Assembly (NCBI GenBank): GCA_963796275.1
Contig: CAWCKY010000003.1
Location: forward strand, 448,001 to 512,000
DNA length: 64,000 nucleotides
Direction: 5' to 3'
From: an uncultured Acidobacteriota bacterium
GTDB lineage: Bacteria > Acidobacteriota > Blastocatellia > RBC074
The notes under the pieces are model-generated. The model saw nothing but the letters and a program-made list of their open reading frames with translations. It ran no database searches and had not been told where the DNA came from. A program made the translations under genes and the position numbers. How positions within the stretch are numbered: position 1 is the stretch's first letter; each line of letters opens with the position of its first letter. This document shows, in pieces, positions 52,505 through 64,000 of this stretch.

Positions 52505-53287
52505 ATGAATCCCGAACTGAGCTATGCTCCCCAAAGCGACAAAGTTGAACCCGAGCCAACTCCACAAGGGTTTTTCAAACGTTTAATCGGAGTCTACTTT
52601 TCACCCGGCGAGACATTTCTAGAGATCGGACGCGCGCCGCGTGTGGTCGTCCCCATAATCGCATTGGTAGTTTTGAGTCTGTTGGCCGGGTCTATTCTGT
52701 CCGCCAAGATGCCGATGGAGAGCTTAATGGAGCAACAGGTGCAGCGTCAGATCGATTCGGGCCGTCTCAGCCCCGAGCAGGGAGAACTGCAGAAGCAGCA
52801 GATGCGAGCGTTTGCCCCCATAATAAAAGGTGCGACGCCGATCTTCATAACGCTGTACAGCATAATTCTCGGGCTGATTATCGCGGGCGTGGCCAAGCTT
52901 GTGAGCATGATGCTCGGTTTCGAAAATTACTTTAAATCGCTTTTCAGTGTTTCAGTCTATGCAATTTTGGCTGTCTCCATCATCTCGTCGGTATTACTGA
53001 TAGCTCTCATCTTCATAAAGCCGCCGGATGAGGTCGATTGGGAGAATGCGCTCAGTTCTAATCTGGCGGCATTGCTCTCCTTGGCGGGAATGGAGAGTCT
53101 ACCCAAATTTTTGAAGACATTTTTCAGTTATATCGATGTCTTTTTTATCTGGAGACTAGGTCTGCTCGCCATCGGTTTTGCGGCGGTCTCGAAGAAGCTG
53201 AAGACCTCGACTGCTTTGACATGGCTGGTGGTCGTAGCACTTCTGATCGCTGTGATTCACTCATCCTGGGCATCCGCCTTCGGTTGA
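52505..53287 (+). CDS. Yip1 family membrane protein
   Basis: LIGVYFSPGETF motif and about five TM helices; AGGAGG RBS. Confidence 0.8.
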   Translation: MNPELSYAPQSDKVEPEPTPQGFFKRLIGVYFSPGETFLEIGRAPRVVVPIIALVVLSLLAGSILSAKMPMESLMEQQVQRQIDSGRLSPEQGELQKQQMRAFAPIIKGATPIFITLYSIILGLIIAGVAKLVSMMLGFENYFKSLFSVSVYAILAVSIISSVLLIALIFIKPPDEVDWENALSSNLAALLSLAGMESLPKFLKTFFSYIDVFFIWRLGLLAIGFAAVSKKLKTSTALTWLVVVALLIAVIHSSWASAFG

Positions 53288-53341
53288 AGCCGGCGAGGCA
53301 GATGAGTGGGATATCCGGCTCATCTGATTTAGAATTCGAGC

Positions 53342-53812
53342 ATGGCAATGACCAATCGAGAAATTGCCGATATATTTCGTAGACTCGCCGACCTGCTCGA
53401 GTTGCGTGACGAAAATCCCTTCAAGGTGCGGTCATATCGCACGGCCGCCGACACAATAGAAGATACGAAAACCCCGCTCGGCGAACTCATAGCCGCGGGC
53501 GGGGAGGGAAGGTTGCGGGAACTGCCCAGCATCGGCGAGGCGATCAGCAAAAAGATCATCGAATTGCTAGATACGGGAACCTTCAAGCTGTATGAGGAGG
53601 TGAAGGCTGAAATACCGGAGACGGTTCTCGATTTGCTTAAAGTCGAGGGCATAGGCATCAAGACGCTCCAACTTTTATTTCGGCAGTTTCACATTACGAA
53701 CCTCGACGATTTCGCGAAATTTGTAGAAGGGAACGGATTGAATAGCGTTCCGCGATTGAGCGAGAGGGCGAAGCTGCGAATCAGATCGTCCCTCAAGGCG
53801 CCGCGCTACTAG
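53342..53812 (+). CDS. Stand-alone DNA polymerase X N-terminal helix-hairpin-helix domain protein
   Basis: [55 protein letters not shown]; no palm or PHP domain. Confidence 0.8.
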   Translation: MAMTNREIADIFRRLADLLELRDENPFKVRSYRTAADTIEDTKTPLGELIAAGGEGRLRELPSIGEAISKKIIELLDTGTFKLYEEVKAEIPETVLDLLKVEGIGIKTLQLLFRQFHITNLDDFAKFVEGNGLNSVPRLSERAKLRIRSSLKAPRY

Positions 53813-53950
53813 GGGAGCCCCCGTTTTCTGAGGGCTCGATCGCAAATTTGGACTCTCAGATGTCTATAGACAACTATGACATACCCTCTTACAATGATCT
53901 TTGTAAACGCACTTTGCTTATAACCCATCATAAAATTCAATATCTGAAGG

Positions 53951-55642
53951 ATGATCTGTATGTGGACACAGAGGCGAACAGTAAGAAGAGAGCCTGTCTA
54001 TGATGTCGTGATTGTCGGGTCGGGTGCGGCAGGCGGAACAGCAGCGTGGGTGCTGGTTGAGGCGGGATTGCGAGTGGCTATGCTGGAAACGGGACCGCTT
54101 CGCAAGCACCTGGTCGATTTCCCTTATCATGAGGCGTCGCCGTTTCCTTACGAAGATCCGTACCGCGGATTAAAGACCGAGATCGAGCCGGGCGAAGAAT
54201 TCGCCCAGAAATATCGGATCCAGGGTTCATCTAAGGATGAGCCGTACACGACGCCTGAGAAGATGCCGTATGACTGGTTCCGCGCACGCAACGTCGGCGG
54301 GCGCACGATGTTTTGGGGGCGATTTGCCAACCGGTTCAACGAAGACGATTTCAAGGGATATTCGCGCGACGGTCACGGGAAGGATTGGCCGATCACCTAC
54401 AGTGAGATCGCTCCCTATTACGATACGGTGGAGAAGTTTATGGGCGTCTGTGGGGCGAAGGAGAATCACCCGGATTTGCCTGACAGCGATAACTTTCTGC
54501 CGCCGGTCGCCTACAAATGCTCGGACATTGCGATCAAGAACGCGGCCGAGAAGATCGGTATCCGGTCCATACGTGTGCGCCGCGCGATGTTGACCAGGCC
54601 GCACAACAACTATGCGCCATGCCATTATTGCAATGGGTGTGAAAATGGTTGCGAGACCCACTCATTCTATAACTCCGCCTTTCGCCAGGTTGTACCGCTG
54701 ATAGAGAAGCACCCTAAAACCTTCACGCTGATCACCAATGCTATGGCGCACAAGGTAAACCTCAATGCGAAGGGCTTGGCGAGCGGCGTCAGCTACATCG
54801 ATAAGGGGACCGGCAAAGCGCGCGAGGTCAAGGCGAATATCGTCGTCGTGGCATGCGGTACTCTGGAGAGCACGCGCCTGCTTCTGCTCTCAGGCATAGC
54901 AAATTCGAGCGGTTTAGTGGGCAAGAATTTCATCGAGCACCTGGATTATTCTGGAGCGAGAGCCTATTTCCCCGAATTGTTCTCGATCAACCGTGAAGCT
55001 GGAGATGGGATAGGAGGCTCGCACATTGTCATACCCTGGTTCGGTTATTTCCGACAGGATGAAAAGCGCGATTTTCTCCGCGGCTTTCAGATCGAACCTT
55101 CTTCAAAGATCCGCATGGGCCCGGACAATTCTCCCAAGAGAATCCCCGGGTTCGGCAGCGAATTCAAACGCGAGGTGCGCAAATACACAGGCGCACGCGT
55201 CGTGCTCAACTCACACGGCGAAATGCTTCCATCCTCGAAAAAATTCGTCGAACTCGATGCCTCCCTGAAAGACAAATGGGGTATTCCGGTCCTCAAGATT
55301 CATCATCCTTGGGAAGAGAACGACTACGCGATGTATAAGTACATCCGGCGGACTTACGAAGAGATTTTCGCCGCGGCGAAGGCGGTCGATATCCGGTTGC
55401 CCGATGGTCCCGACAAACCGGGCCATTCGATCCACGAGATGGGCACGATCCATATGGGCGGCGATCAGAAGACATCGGTGCTCAACAAGTTCAACCAGTC
55501 ATGGGATGTCAAAAATCTCTTCGTCGTTGACGCGGCGGCATTCACTTCCGGCACGCACAAAAATCCGACGCTTACGATCATGGCTCTCAGCTGGAGGGCG
55601 TCCGAACATATGCTTGAAGAGAAGAAGAAAGGGAATCTGTAA
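53951..55642 (+). CDS. GMC family FAD-dependent oxidoreductase
   Basis: [50 protein letters not shown]. Confidence 0.92.
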   Translation: MICMWTQRRTVRREPVYDVVIVGSGAAGGTAAWVLVEAGLRVAMLETGPLRKHLVDFPYHEASPFPYEDPYRGLKTEIEPGEEFAQKYRIQGSSKDEPYTTPEKMPYDWFRARNVGGRTMFWGRFANRFNEDDFKGYSRDGHGKDWPITYSEIAPYYDTVEKFMGVCGAKENHPDLPDSDNFLPPVAYKCSDIAIKNAAEKIGIRSIRVRRAMLTRPHNNYAPCHYCNGCENGCETHSFYNSAFRQVVPLIEKHPKTFTLITNAMAHKVNLNAKGLASGVSYIDKGTGKAREVKANIVVVACGTLESTRLLLLSGIANSSGLVGKNFIEHLDYSGARAYFPELFSINREAGDGIGGSHIVIPWFGYFRQDEKRDFLRGFQIEPSSKIRMGPDNSPKRIPGFGSEFKREVRKYTGARVVLNSHGEMLPSSKKFVELDASLKDKWGIPVLKIHHPWEENDYAMYKYIRRTYEEIFAAAKAVDIRLPDGPDKPGHSIHEMGTIHMGGDQKTSVLNKFNQSWDVKNLFVVDAAAFTSGTHKNPTLTIMALSWRASEHMLEEKKKGNL

Positions 55643-55789
55643 AAGGCAAAAGGCAAAAGGCAAAAGGGAGAAGACAGGAGAGACAGAGGATAGAATGGTG
55701 GGATGAATCCCCTGTCATTGAATTCTGCCTTCAACCTTATGGCTTCTTTCTCGCGATTCCTGTCTTCTGCCACTTTTGTCTCTTGATTT

Positions 55790-57340
55790 ATGAGACGTTG
55801 GTTCCCCCTATCGATAAGTTTTCTACAACTATTCACGTTGATTTATCTCGCGTGGCAGCATCCATTCGGTAATTTCGCAACAGAAACTGATTTCTATCAT
55901 TTCTATGCGCCGGACGCCGAACGCATCGCTGCGGGGCAATTTCCGAACAACACATATCAAGGCCCTGGATACCCGGCAATGCTGGCATTTCTTGACTGGA
56001 TGACCGGCGGGGATCTTTTCGCGATCGGGAAATGGCTGTCGGTCATCTGCGCGGTCCTGGTCGGGCTTCTGACATTCAAACTATTCGCGCGTCTTTTCGA
56101 TTACTGGACCGGCATCGGCGCGCAATTAATTGCGATTGTCAGCGGCGAATTTCCTCAGTTTTCGATCAATGCGACGACCGATCTCTTCTTTCTGATGATC
56201 TGCCTGCTGGTACTGGTGGTCTTCACCAGTGATTCAATTTCCGCGGGCTGGCGGTCCGTCTCAGCCGGCGCGCTCACCGGCCTCGTCTACATAACCCGGT
56301 ATAACGGGCTATTTTTGCTAGCGACATGTCTGGCCGGCGTTGTCCTGCTGAATATCTTTGAAAGGAGATTGCCCGAGCGATGGTTATTGGCCGGATTCCT
56401 CCTGGCGGCGTTTTTCGCTGTTTCATCGCCGTGGCTTTTGGCGAATTACAAACATCACGGCACTCCCTTCTACAATACCAATTACCTGAACATCGCAACT
56501 GAATTCTATCCGGAACTGGTTGCCGGCAAGACTAATCAGGACGGCACCCGCGCGTTTGAACAGAAGTTTCATTCATTTGGCGATGTGCTCGGTTACGATC
56601 CCAGGCGCATCGTCACGCATTATCCGGTGAATCTTTACGAGAGCCTGCGTCTTAGCATCAAGGACAACCTTGTCAATGAAATGGTCGGATGGTTAGCCAT
56701 CCCCGGCATCCTTCTGGCATTGATGAGAAGTAGGTCAAAAAATGTGATGGTTGTCTTGTTGGGTGGTGCGGTCTATGTGTCTTTGACGGCGCTCACACAC
56801 TGGGAGACGAGGTATTTCTTCTTCCTGATGATACTTTACGCGGGGTTTTCGAGTTACGCCATAACCTCTCTCTCTGAGCTGGCGCAGACGCGCCATTGGA
56901 TCAGGCGGCCGGCTGTCGCTACGGGTTTATCCGTCACCCTGATTGCTATCATGTGCGCGCTGTCAACTGTTCAATCGCACAAGGATGTAAAAAGCTTTCT
57001 GGCCAGTCAGCCATGGGAAATTATCGCTGCCCGGGATTATCTCAACAGCGTCAATCCCGATGGCGTCAGGTTTAAAATAGTCGCGCGCAAACCGCATCTG
57101 CCATACCTTGCACGCAGCGAATGGATCTTTTTTCCACAGGTAAAATCGATCGAAGAATTTCGAGATTGGGTCGACGCTCATCACGCCGATTACATCGCCA
57201 TCGGCAAGCGGGAGTTGCGAGAGCGCAAAGAGCTAGCGCCCCTCGGCGATCCGAAAAACGCTCCGCCATGGTTGAAAGCCGTGTGGGTGAACAAATATCC
57301 CATGTTCATTCTGTACAAACCGGAAGCGAAATCCGAGTGA
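55790..57340 (+). CDS. GT-C fold (ArnT/PMT, GT39-like) membrane glycosyltransferase
   Basis: ETDFYHFY..GPGYP motif, many TM helices, ITRYNG, SPWLLANY, ETRYFF. Confidence 0.75.
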   Translation: MRRWFPLSISFLQLFTLIYLAWQHPFGNFATETDFYHFYAPDAERIAAGQFPNNTYQGPGYPAMLAFLDWMTGGDLFAIGKWLSVICAVLVGLLTFKLFARLFDYWTGIGAQLIAIVSGEFPQFSINATTDLFFLMICLLVLVVFTSDSISAGWRSVSAGALTGLVYITRYNGLFLLATCLAGVVLLNIFERRLPERWLLAGFLLAAFFAVSSPWLLANYKHHGTPFYNTNYLNIATEFYPELVAGKTNQDGTRAFEQKFHSFGDVLGYDPRRIVTHYPVNLYESLRLSIKDNLVNEMVGWLAIPGILLALMRSRSKNVMVVLLGGAVYVSLTALTHWETRYFFFLMILYAGFSSYAITSLSELAQTRHWIRRPAVATGLSVTLIAIMCALSTVQSHKDVKSFLASQPWEIIAARDYLNSVNPDGVRFKIVARKPHLPYLARSEWIFFPQVKSIEEFRDWVDAHHADYIAIGKRELRERKELAPLGDPKNAPPWLKAVWVNKYPMFILYKPEAKSE

Positions 57341-57393
57341 TTCACCACGTGAAAACGCCATGATGTCTTTGTCCATTCGCGTTATTTGATGAA

Positions 57394-59076
57394 TCACCTC
57401 TCGATTGCGTATTCTCGTTCGAACTCTTCGGTGAACTGTGCGATCTGTCTTTTCACTTCCTCGTCGCTCCAAGCCAACTCTTTCGCCATCAGGCCAGCCA
57501 CTGCCACCGAGCATTTCAATGAATCCTCTCCGGCCAGTATCGCAAGTCGGGTGCGTCGCACAAGCACATCGGCAAGCGTAATTGCCATCTCAGTCCGCGC
57601 CGCATAAACGACTTCAGCTTTTATGTGCGGCAACCCCTCGATCACCGGCGTGCGCAATAGCTCGCTCTCTCTTATCAACTTGAGTATTTGATAGTAGTTC
57701 GAGCCGTAGGTGAAGACGAGATGATGCGCGGTCTCACCGCTCAGTTTTTCATTCACTACAATCCTGCGCGCCTCTCTCGCCAGCTCTCCGCGTGTCATCG
57801 ATCCACCTGATATGGGTAACTCGGTTGTGCCGGTATCGCCGGAGATAATGGCGTGGCGGTCGTTCAGCCGCCGCGCGGCCAGTGAGACCGTTCGTTCAGC
57901 CATCAATCGATAGGTAGTCAGCTTACCCCCGGAGATCGAAATCAGCCCGTCTTCCGTCTCGAACAACTCTTCTTTGCGAGATATATCGGTCGTTTTCTTC
58001 GCATTTTTATCGCCGATTAACGGCCGCAATCCTGCCCAGCTCGAAATGACATCCGATGGTTCGAGCTGCGTGGCGGGAAAATATGCATTGACCGCATCGA
58101 GGATTTCACCGACTTCGTCGTTTTCCGCGTGCGGCGAATCTTTATCGCCCGCATAATCATTGTCTGTCGTCCCGATATTTACGCGGCCGTGCCAGGGGAC
58201 GACGAAATAGAACCTGTGCCCTCCGAGCGAGGGTATCAGCCAGGCCGAACCGATTTGCAATCTCCCGGCGGGAATCGTCAGGTGAACTCCCTTAGATGGA
58301 CGTAGGAATTTTGACGGTTCTGCCTCCGAATGAGAGTCGAGTCCGGCGACCTCATTCATCCACACGCCGGTTGCATTGACGACTATTCGTGAACGCGCAA
58401 TGAGCTCATCTCCAGTCAGTTCGTCGCGCAGGCGTGCGCCGGTGATTTTACTCGTTTCGTCTCTGATGAAACCGGTGGCGCGTGTGTAATTGGCGATTCT
58501 CGAACCCTGTTCGTGGGCAGCCTTGATAACCTCGATGACGAGACGCGCGTCATCGGTCAGCGCGTCATAGTAGAGTAAGGCGCCTTTTAATCCCTGGGGA
58601 TCGAGTTGTGGAGCGAGTTTCAGAGCCTCATAAGGTGAGAGATGTCTGTGACTGCCGATGGCGTAACGTCCGGCGAGCAGATCATAGAGGATGAGGCCCG
58701 CGCGCATCTTCAACGGATGATCATAGTTGCGTTTATTATTCCGGTAAATCGGTATAACGAAAGGAAATGGTTCCACCAGATGCGGGGCGATCCTGGCCAG
58801 GACCGCTCGTTCCTTCAGCCCTTCGCGCACGAGAGAGAAGTCGAGGTGCTCGAGATATCGCAGACCGCCGTGAATCAGCTTGGTCGAACGGCTTGAAGTG
58901 CCTGCGGCGAAGTCACGCTTCTCGATAAGTGCCACGCGCAAATCGCGCGTAGCCGCATCGAGGGCGACCCCGGCTCCGGTGATGCCGCCGCCGATGACCA
59001 AAACATCGAATATCTCTTCTTTGATTTTGTCTAGCGACTCGCGCCGTGTGCGCCAGGATAATTCAGACATGTCCAT
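57394..59076 (-). CDS. glpD: FAD-dependent glycerol-3-phosphate dehydrogenase
   Basis: [54 protein letters not shown]. Confidence 0.92.
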   Translation of the reverse strand: MDMSELSWRTRRESLDKIKEEIFDVLVIGGGITGAGVALDAATRDLRVALIEKRDFAAGTSSRSTKLIHGGLRYLEHLDFSLVREGLKERAVLARIAPHLVEPFPFVIPIYRNNKRNYDHPLKMRAGLILYDLLAGRYAIGSHRHLSPYEALKLAPQLDPQGLKGALLYYDALTDDARLVIEVIKAAHEQGSRIANYTRATGFIRDETSKITGARLRDELTGDELIARSRIVVNATGVWMNEVAGLDSHSEAEPSKFLRPSKGVHLTIPAGRLQIGSAWLIPSLGGHRFYFVVPWHGRVNIGTTDNDYAGDKDSPHAENDEVGEILDAVNAYFPATQLEPSDVISSWAGLRPLIGDKNAKKTTDISRKEELFETEDGLISISGGKLTTYRLMAERTVSLAARRLNDRHAIISGDTGTTELPISGGSMTRGELAREARRIVVNEKLSGETAHHLVFTYGSNYYQILKLIRESELLRTPVIEGLPHIKAEVVYAARTEMAITLADVLVRRTRLAILAGEDSLKCSVAVAGLMAKELAWSDEEVKRQIAQFTEEFEREYAIER

Positions 59077-59304
59077 ATAATAAGGTGATTCACCGCAAAA
59101 AACATGAAAAGACAAAAAGCATAAATATAAAAATGCCTTGATTTTATCGTCCACTCAGGTAGACCATGAACCGGTACTTTTTGTGTGAACTCTAGCGGGT
59201 CTCTCATGCTCGGCGGTCATGAAATTTATCAGCTATACCAATAACTGTTTAAGGATTTTATCGCCATTCACAAAATCCGGTTCTCCCTTCCCCTGTGGAG
59301 CGAT

Positions 59305-61177
59305 ATGAAAAATCATCACTGCAAATCTCGTCCGATCGTTTTTTCACTATGTCTGATACTTCAGCCCGCTATCGTGCAAAACGCGTCAATTGATGCAGAG
59401 GCGGAAGAAACCAGATATACACCGGCAATCGAGTTGCAGCAGAAACGCCCGGTTCGTAGCGGCAAATCAAAGAGAAAAAGCGAGCGCCCGGCCTCAGAAT
59501 CTAAGGATGGTTCGCATCCCGTTACAACTCCATCCCTGGACAAGGTTATTTCGAATAACCGTGCGCTGGTAAATGAGGTAGGCGATGCGGACCCATCCGG
59601 GGCGAAATCTGCGGGGGCAAAGATCGATGAGAATCTCCTCCGCGCACATGTCAAATTTTTAGCCGACGATCTGCTCGAAGGCAGAAGTCCGGGAGGCAGA
59701 GGCGGACTGCTCGCCGCGAAATATATCGCCGCACAATTCGAATCGCTCGGACTCGAACCCGCTGCGGCCAACCGCGGTTATTTCCAGCAGGTGCATATGA
59801 TCGGTACCAGACCTGATGCGGCGAACAAACTGGTGGTCAAGAGCGGGACCGAGGCATCCGAGAGCAAAGTCGAGTTCAAGATGGGCGATGAGTTTACTGC
59901 CGGAACTGACCTCGAACAGAATGAAGTTTCAATCACCGGAGAGGTCGTCTTCGTCGGGTACGGTATCCTCTCGCCAGAAAATAAATGGGATGATTACAAA
60001 GGCCTCGATGTGCGCGACAAGGTCCTTATGATTATGGTTAACGACCCGCCGCCGCCAGCTGCAGACCCGGGCCTGTTCGGCGGGCGCGGTCTAACTTACT
60101 ACGGGCGGTGGACCTATAAGTATGAAGAGGCGGCCAGGCGCGGGGCAGCGGGGGTGATACTCATCCATACAAACGAATCTGCGGGATATGGTTGGAGCGT
60201 AGTCCGCAACTCGTGGAGCGGTGATAGATTTGGATTGCTGCCTGATAGCAAAACCCCTACTTTGAAGATGAAATCGTGGGTGACCGATGAGGTTGCGCGG
60301 AAGATCGTGCAGATGAGCGGCCAAAACCTTGATCAACTTCGGCAATCGGCGGAAACGCGCGAGTTCCGTCCCGTCGTATTGAACGCTAGAGTCGAGACCA
60401 CGCTGCGTTTTCAGGCCCAGCGCATGTCGTCTCCCAACGTTGTCGGGATATTTCGCGGGAATGATCCGGTCCTTAAGAACGAATATATCGTTTACTCCGC
60501 TCACTGGGATCACCTCGGTATCAGGCAGGATCAACCCGGCGATAATATATACAATGGCGCAGTCGATAATGCGACAGGGATCGCCGGGATTCTGGGGATT
60601 GCCAGGGCCTTCTCAGCTCTCGACGTTAAGCCGCGAAGGTCGATTCTCTTCATCGCTACGACGGCTGAAGAACAGGGATTGCTCGGCGCTGAGTATTACA
60701 TCCGCTATCCGCTCGTGCCACTTGCGCAGACCAAAGCTAACATCAATCTCGATTCGATGAACGTGCTTGGGCAAACTACGGATATGACTCCGCTCGGCGC
60801 GGATCGTTCTACGCTTGGGATAATCGTCGAGGAGGTGGCGAAGGAGAATAACCTCACTATATCTCCCGACGCTCACCCGGAGCAGGGATACTTTTTACCG
60901 CTCGGATCACTTCCCGTTTGCGAAGGCGGGTATCCCGGCAGTCAATTTCGGATCGGGGAAGAAATTTGTCGGACATTCCGATAAATGGGTGGAAGAGCAG
61001 GTGCAGGACTACCGGCAGAATCGTTACCACCAGCCGTCCGATGAATATAGCCCGAACTGGAATTTCATGGGAATGGTGCAGCAAGCGCGCCTTGCCTTCT
61101 GGATAGGGGTGCGTGCGGCGAACGCGAACGCGGCGCCTCAGTGGAATAAGGGGGATGAGTTTGAGCGCGCGCGCTAA
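59305..61177 (+). CDS. M28 family peptidase with PA domain, with an apparent frameshift in a T-run at ~60895
   Basis: SAHWDHLG, YNGAVDNATG, TAEEQGLLG, NLDS. Removing one T restores YFYRSDHFPFAKAGIP...YHQPSDE, ending at 61177. Confidence 0.9.
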
Positions 61178-61350
61178 CGGCAATGTGATGGATTATTCAT
61201 CACAAAAAAACACGAAACAGACCGCAGGCGAACTGCAAGAAAATAAGCAGCAGCAGCTTCCCTGATGTAATGCTTCCGAGGTGTGTGCGGATCCGGCGAT
61301 CTCCTTTCTATCCTTTGTGTTGAATCGCTCGGTTTGGTACCTTAGCCTAT

Positions 61351-61572
61351 ATGCCAGAGCCATCGCGATATTTATTTGTATTCGGAACGTTTCAGCTAGA
61401 CCCCGTCGAGAAGGTTTTGCTGCGTGGAGAGCGGGTGCTACCGCTCACGCCGAAGGCGCTCGATACCCTTTTCGTGATGGTAGAGAATAGCGGAAATGGA
61501 CGTTGTTTGTCGTCGATCGATGAGAATGGGGAACGCAGTCCAAGGCAGATTATGCGAGACGGAGACTTATGA
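61351..61572 (+). pseudogene. Truncated winged-helix (CadC/OmpR C-terminal type) regulator fragment
   Basis: FGTFQLDPVEKVLLRGERVLPLTPKALDTLFVMVENSG matches the start of Trans_reg_C proteins, then similarity is lost. Confidence 0.6.
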
Positions 61573-61677
61573 TTACGTTAAACACCAGGGTATACTTATA
61601 GCAATTTCGCAGGCGGGAGGGGTTGGTAAAATCTCTTATTGGAATCTTACCGGCGATCCGCCCGCTAAATCGCACGC

Positions 61678-62739
61678 ATGACTACAGATTCCGAAATAAT
61701 CGATCGTAAACGCAGTCACTTCGATCTCTGCGCTCATCAAGACATTGAATTCCGCAATAAGACAACCTGGTTCGAGTATGTCGAGCTCGTTCATCGACCT
61801 CTCATTGAAACCAATCTCGAAGGGATCGATTTAAGCATAACGATGCTGGGCAAACGCTTGAACTATCCCATCGTTATTACCGGGATGACGGGCGGCACGG
61901 AAGAGGTCGGCCGGTTTAATCGAGATATTGCTGCGCTCGCCGATCGGATCGGCATAGGTTTCGGCGTGGGCTCTCAACGCGTTATGCTGCGATATCCCGA
62001 GCTCAAAAAGACTTTCGAGGTGCGCGATGTGGCTCCGAATGTGCTGCTCTTCGGCAATATCGGTATAGGACAGGCGCGTGAACTCGAGGCGCACGAGTTG
62101 CGCCGGCTCACCGAAGATATAGGCGCCGATGCGCTGTGCATTCACCTCAATGCGGCGATGGAGATCATTCAAGAGAAGGGCGATCACGATTTTCGCGGGT
62201 CGCTCGATGCTTTGAAGCGATCAATCGGTCAGCTGGGAGTCGAACTCATCGTCAAAGAGACCGGGTGCGGATTCGACAGGGAGTCGGGCGAACGGCTGGC
62301 GGAGATTGGAGTGAAATGGATCGATGTCGCGGGTGCGGGCGGAACTTCGTGGATAGGCGTTGAGACGCTTCGTAATAGGGCCTTGCGTCATCTGGGCGAA
62401 GCGTTCTGGGATTGGGGGATTCCGACCGCAGCGAGTCTCTGCGAGCTTCGCACATCGAATTTGAACCTGATCGCTTCCGGCGGAATAAGGACAGGAGTGC
62501 AGGCGGCCAAAGCAATAGCCTTGGGCGCAAAAGCGGTCGGAGTTGCCCTGCCGGTTTTACGTTCTTATGTCGCGGGTGGTGTGGATGGTGTAGAGACCTT
62601 CCTCACCTCATTTTGCGATGAACTGAGAGCAGCCCTGATGCTGGTCGGCTGCGCTCGCATCGATGACTTGACTTCCGATCGGGCAGTCATCAGCGGGCGA
62701 CTTCTCGAATGGATCGAACAAAGGGAGTTATGGGATTAA
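61678..62739 (+). CDS. fni: Type 2 isopentenyl-diphosphate delta-isomerase
   Basis: RKRSH, ITGMTGG, GVGSQR, IHLN, IVKETGCG, DVAGAGGTSW, WGIPT, ASGGIRTG. Confidence 0.95.
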   Translation: MTTDSEIIDRKRSHFDLCAHQDIEFRNKTTWFEYVELVHRPLIETNLEGIDLSITMLGKRLNYPIVITGMTGGTEEVGRFNRDIAALADRIGIGFGVGSQRVMLRYPELKKTFEVRDVAPNVLLFGNIGIGQARELEAHELRRLTEDIGADALCIHLNAAMEIIQEKGDHDFRGSLDALKRSIGQLGVELIVKETGCGFDRESGERLAEIGVKWIDVAGAGGTSWIGVETLRNRALRHLGEAFWDWGIPTAASLCELRTSNLNLIASGGIRTGVQAAKAIALGAKAVGVALPVLRSYVAGGVDGVETFLTSFCDELRAALMLVGCARIDDLTSDRAVISGRLLEWIEQRELWD

Positions 62740-62898
62740 AGACAATCGGTAAGGATAAGTACTCTGGAAATTATGTTTTATATTGCTGCTAGCCCACTTC
62801 GCGGGCTAGCACAATACTAAAAACTTATAAGTAAGGTACGAAAATTATGGTAGGTAAGAATAATAAGTGATAAGTGATAAACAAGTGAATGCATCAGA

Positions 62899-63702
62899 GT
62901 GTCGCCCATGATCTTTAAAAGTATTTGTATCGTGACAGCTCATGATACTGAATTTAAGATTGCTACAGGATTGCTAAGTCAACGCGCGTATTACAACGAA
63001 GGGCGGATGGAGGTTTGTCGCGGTATATTCGGCGAGCGGCAGCTGACGATCCTGAAATCGGGGGTCGGCGCTTTTGGATTTGCGCAACGTCTTTTTGATC
63101 ATCTCCAACATAATCAATACGAGGCATTGATGGTCGCGGGGGTAGCGGGTGCGCTCGATCCGCAAATCAAGACGGGCGATGTTGTGGTCTTCGGTAGTTG
63201 CTACAACGCGCGAGCTGACCGGAATGGATCGAATCCCGGAGAGGTTCAACTGGAAAGTGGGAATAAAAGGGTGATTTACTGTGACGATATGCTATCGCGC
63301 TTCATCGCTGAAACTCTATATGAGTCGGGAGTTTCATGCATTCTGGGAGCCGGAGTAACAGTGGACCGAATCATCACCAGCGCAAAGGAGAAAATCGCTC
63401 TGGGTCTTCAATATAAGGCCGCCGCGGTCGATATGGAGACTTACGACTGTTTATCCGTCTGTGCCCATTTCGGCCTGAGGGCATCCGCTCTCCGCGTCGT
63501 GTCGGATGATGCAGAGAATGATCTGCCGGACTTTAACCGCGCGCTTGAGCGCGATGGGCGGATGAGCAATTGGCGCATGGCGACAACTTTAATGACAAAT
63601 CCCATCAACTCGCTCCGCTTTCTGCTTAACATGAGGAGTGTTCTGGATTCGTTGCGCGTTAATCTGAACGCGATCTATCGCGCTGAATGGCGTGAGCTAT
63701 AA
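62899..63702 (+). CDS. Nucleoside phosphorylase family protein (MtnN/HpnG-like)
   Basis: SGVG, AGVAGALDP..GDVV, AVDMET, LRVVSDDAENDLPDF. Confidence 0.8.
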   Translation: MSPMIFKSICIVTAHDTEFKIATGLLSQRAYYNEGRMEVCRGIFGERQLTILKSGVGAFGFAQRLFDHLQHNQYEALMVAGVAGALDPQIKTGDVVVFGSCYNARADRNGSNPGEVQLESGNKRVIYCDDMLSRFIAETLYESGVSCILGAGVTVDRIITSAKEKIALGLQYKAAAVDMETYDCLSVCAHFGLRASALRVVSDDAENDLPDFNRALERDGRMSNWRMATTLMTNPINSLRFLLNMRSVLDSLRVNLNAIYRAEWREL

Positions 63703-63738
63703 TATTTAATGCTGATTAAAGGCTGATATGACGAGAGG

Positions 63739-63767
63739 TTGACAAGGAGGGTAGCTCTGGCTAGAGT
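63739..63767 (+). promoter_or_regulatory. Sigma-70-type promoter
   Basis: TTGACA, 17-nt spacer, TAGAGT; same hexamers as the 13321 promoter. Confidence 0.6.
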
Positions 63768-63856
63768 TTCACCCTTGCTCTCGATTGTGGCGCCGTACTG
63801 ACAATGAAACGTTGCCGCAAGTAAGCCTTTCGATACAGAAATAAGGAGAAAAGGAA

Positions 63857-64000
63857 ATGAGTAATTTGGCGCTCTCAGCGGTAGAGGTACAGCCAAAAGT
63901 TGAAATAAAGGAAGGAACCTATAAAGTCGCATCTTCTATACTGGTATTCAATACGACCGAACGCGTCGAATTGAAGAGCATAACCAGAGAGATTGCGGCC
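63857..64000 (+). CDS. Partial CDS (5' end), possibly YjbQ/UPF0047 family
   Basis: AAGGAG upstream; MSNLALSAVEVQPKVEIKEGTYKVASSILVFNTTERVELKSITREIAA, open to the edge. Confidence 0.55.
   Translation, partial: MSNLALSAVEVQPKVEIKEGTYKVASSILVFNTTERVELKSITREIAA

Noticed and set aside
63703-63856. Riboswitch upstream of the YjbQ-like gene
   Set aside because: No TPP or other riboswitch consensus recognised; the leader is short after a good promoter match.

Overview
A GC-rich bacterial chromosome segment. Gene content (carboxypeptidase-regulatory-domain TonB-dependent receptor, TIGR03437-like domain, zf-HC2 anti-sigma factors, short palindromic intergenic repeats) suggests Acidobacteriota, possibly Blastocatellia; this taxonomic call is inference. 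The housekeeping backbone comprises ppk1, folE-rluB, ispH-rpsA-sppA-ihfB, rpmE-DUF1385-prfA-prmC, oppD/oppF, glpD and fni. Two accessory loci stand out. (1) A ~13 kb divergent cluster (26.9-39.8 kb) encodes a 9-heme cytochrome, a reconstructed 13-heme cytochrome with a ~190-aa Pro-rich linker, a membrane-anchored double GlcG/HbpS-like protein, a probable outer-membrane beta-barrel, and a 1367-aa multiheme/LVIVD-repeat protein with a C-terminal anchor. It is a candidate uncharacterised porin-cytochrome or envelope redox system. (2) A ~10 kb block splits oppD from oppF. It encodes two signal-peptide-bearing NTF2-TPR-CHAT caspase-like proteases with near-identical protease domains but divergent TPR regions, convergent with an enlarged ECF sigma factor and a double-zf-HC2 membrane anti-sigma factor. 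At least eight single-base frameshifts, one in ispH, point to indel errors in the assembly. No rRNA, tRNA, CRISPR array or transposase was seen.
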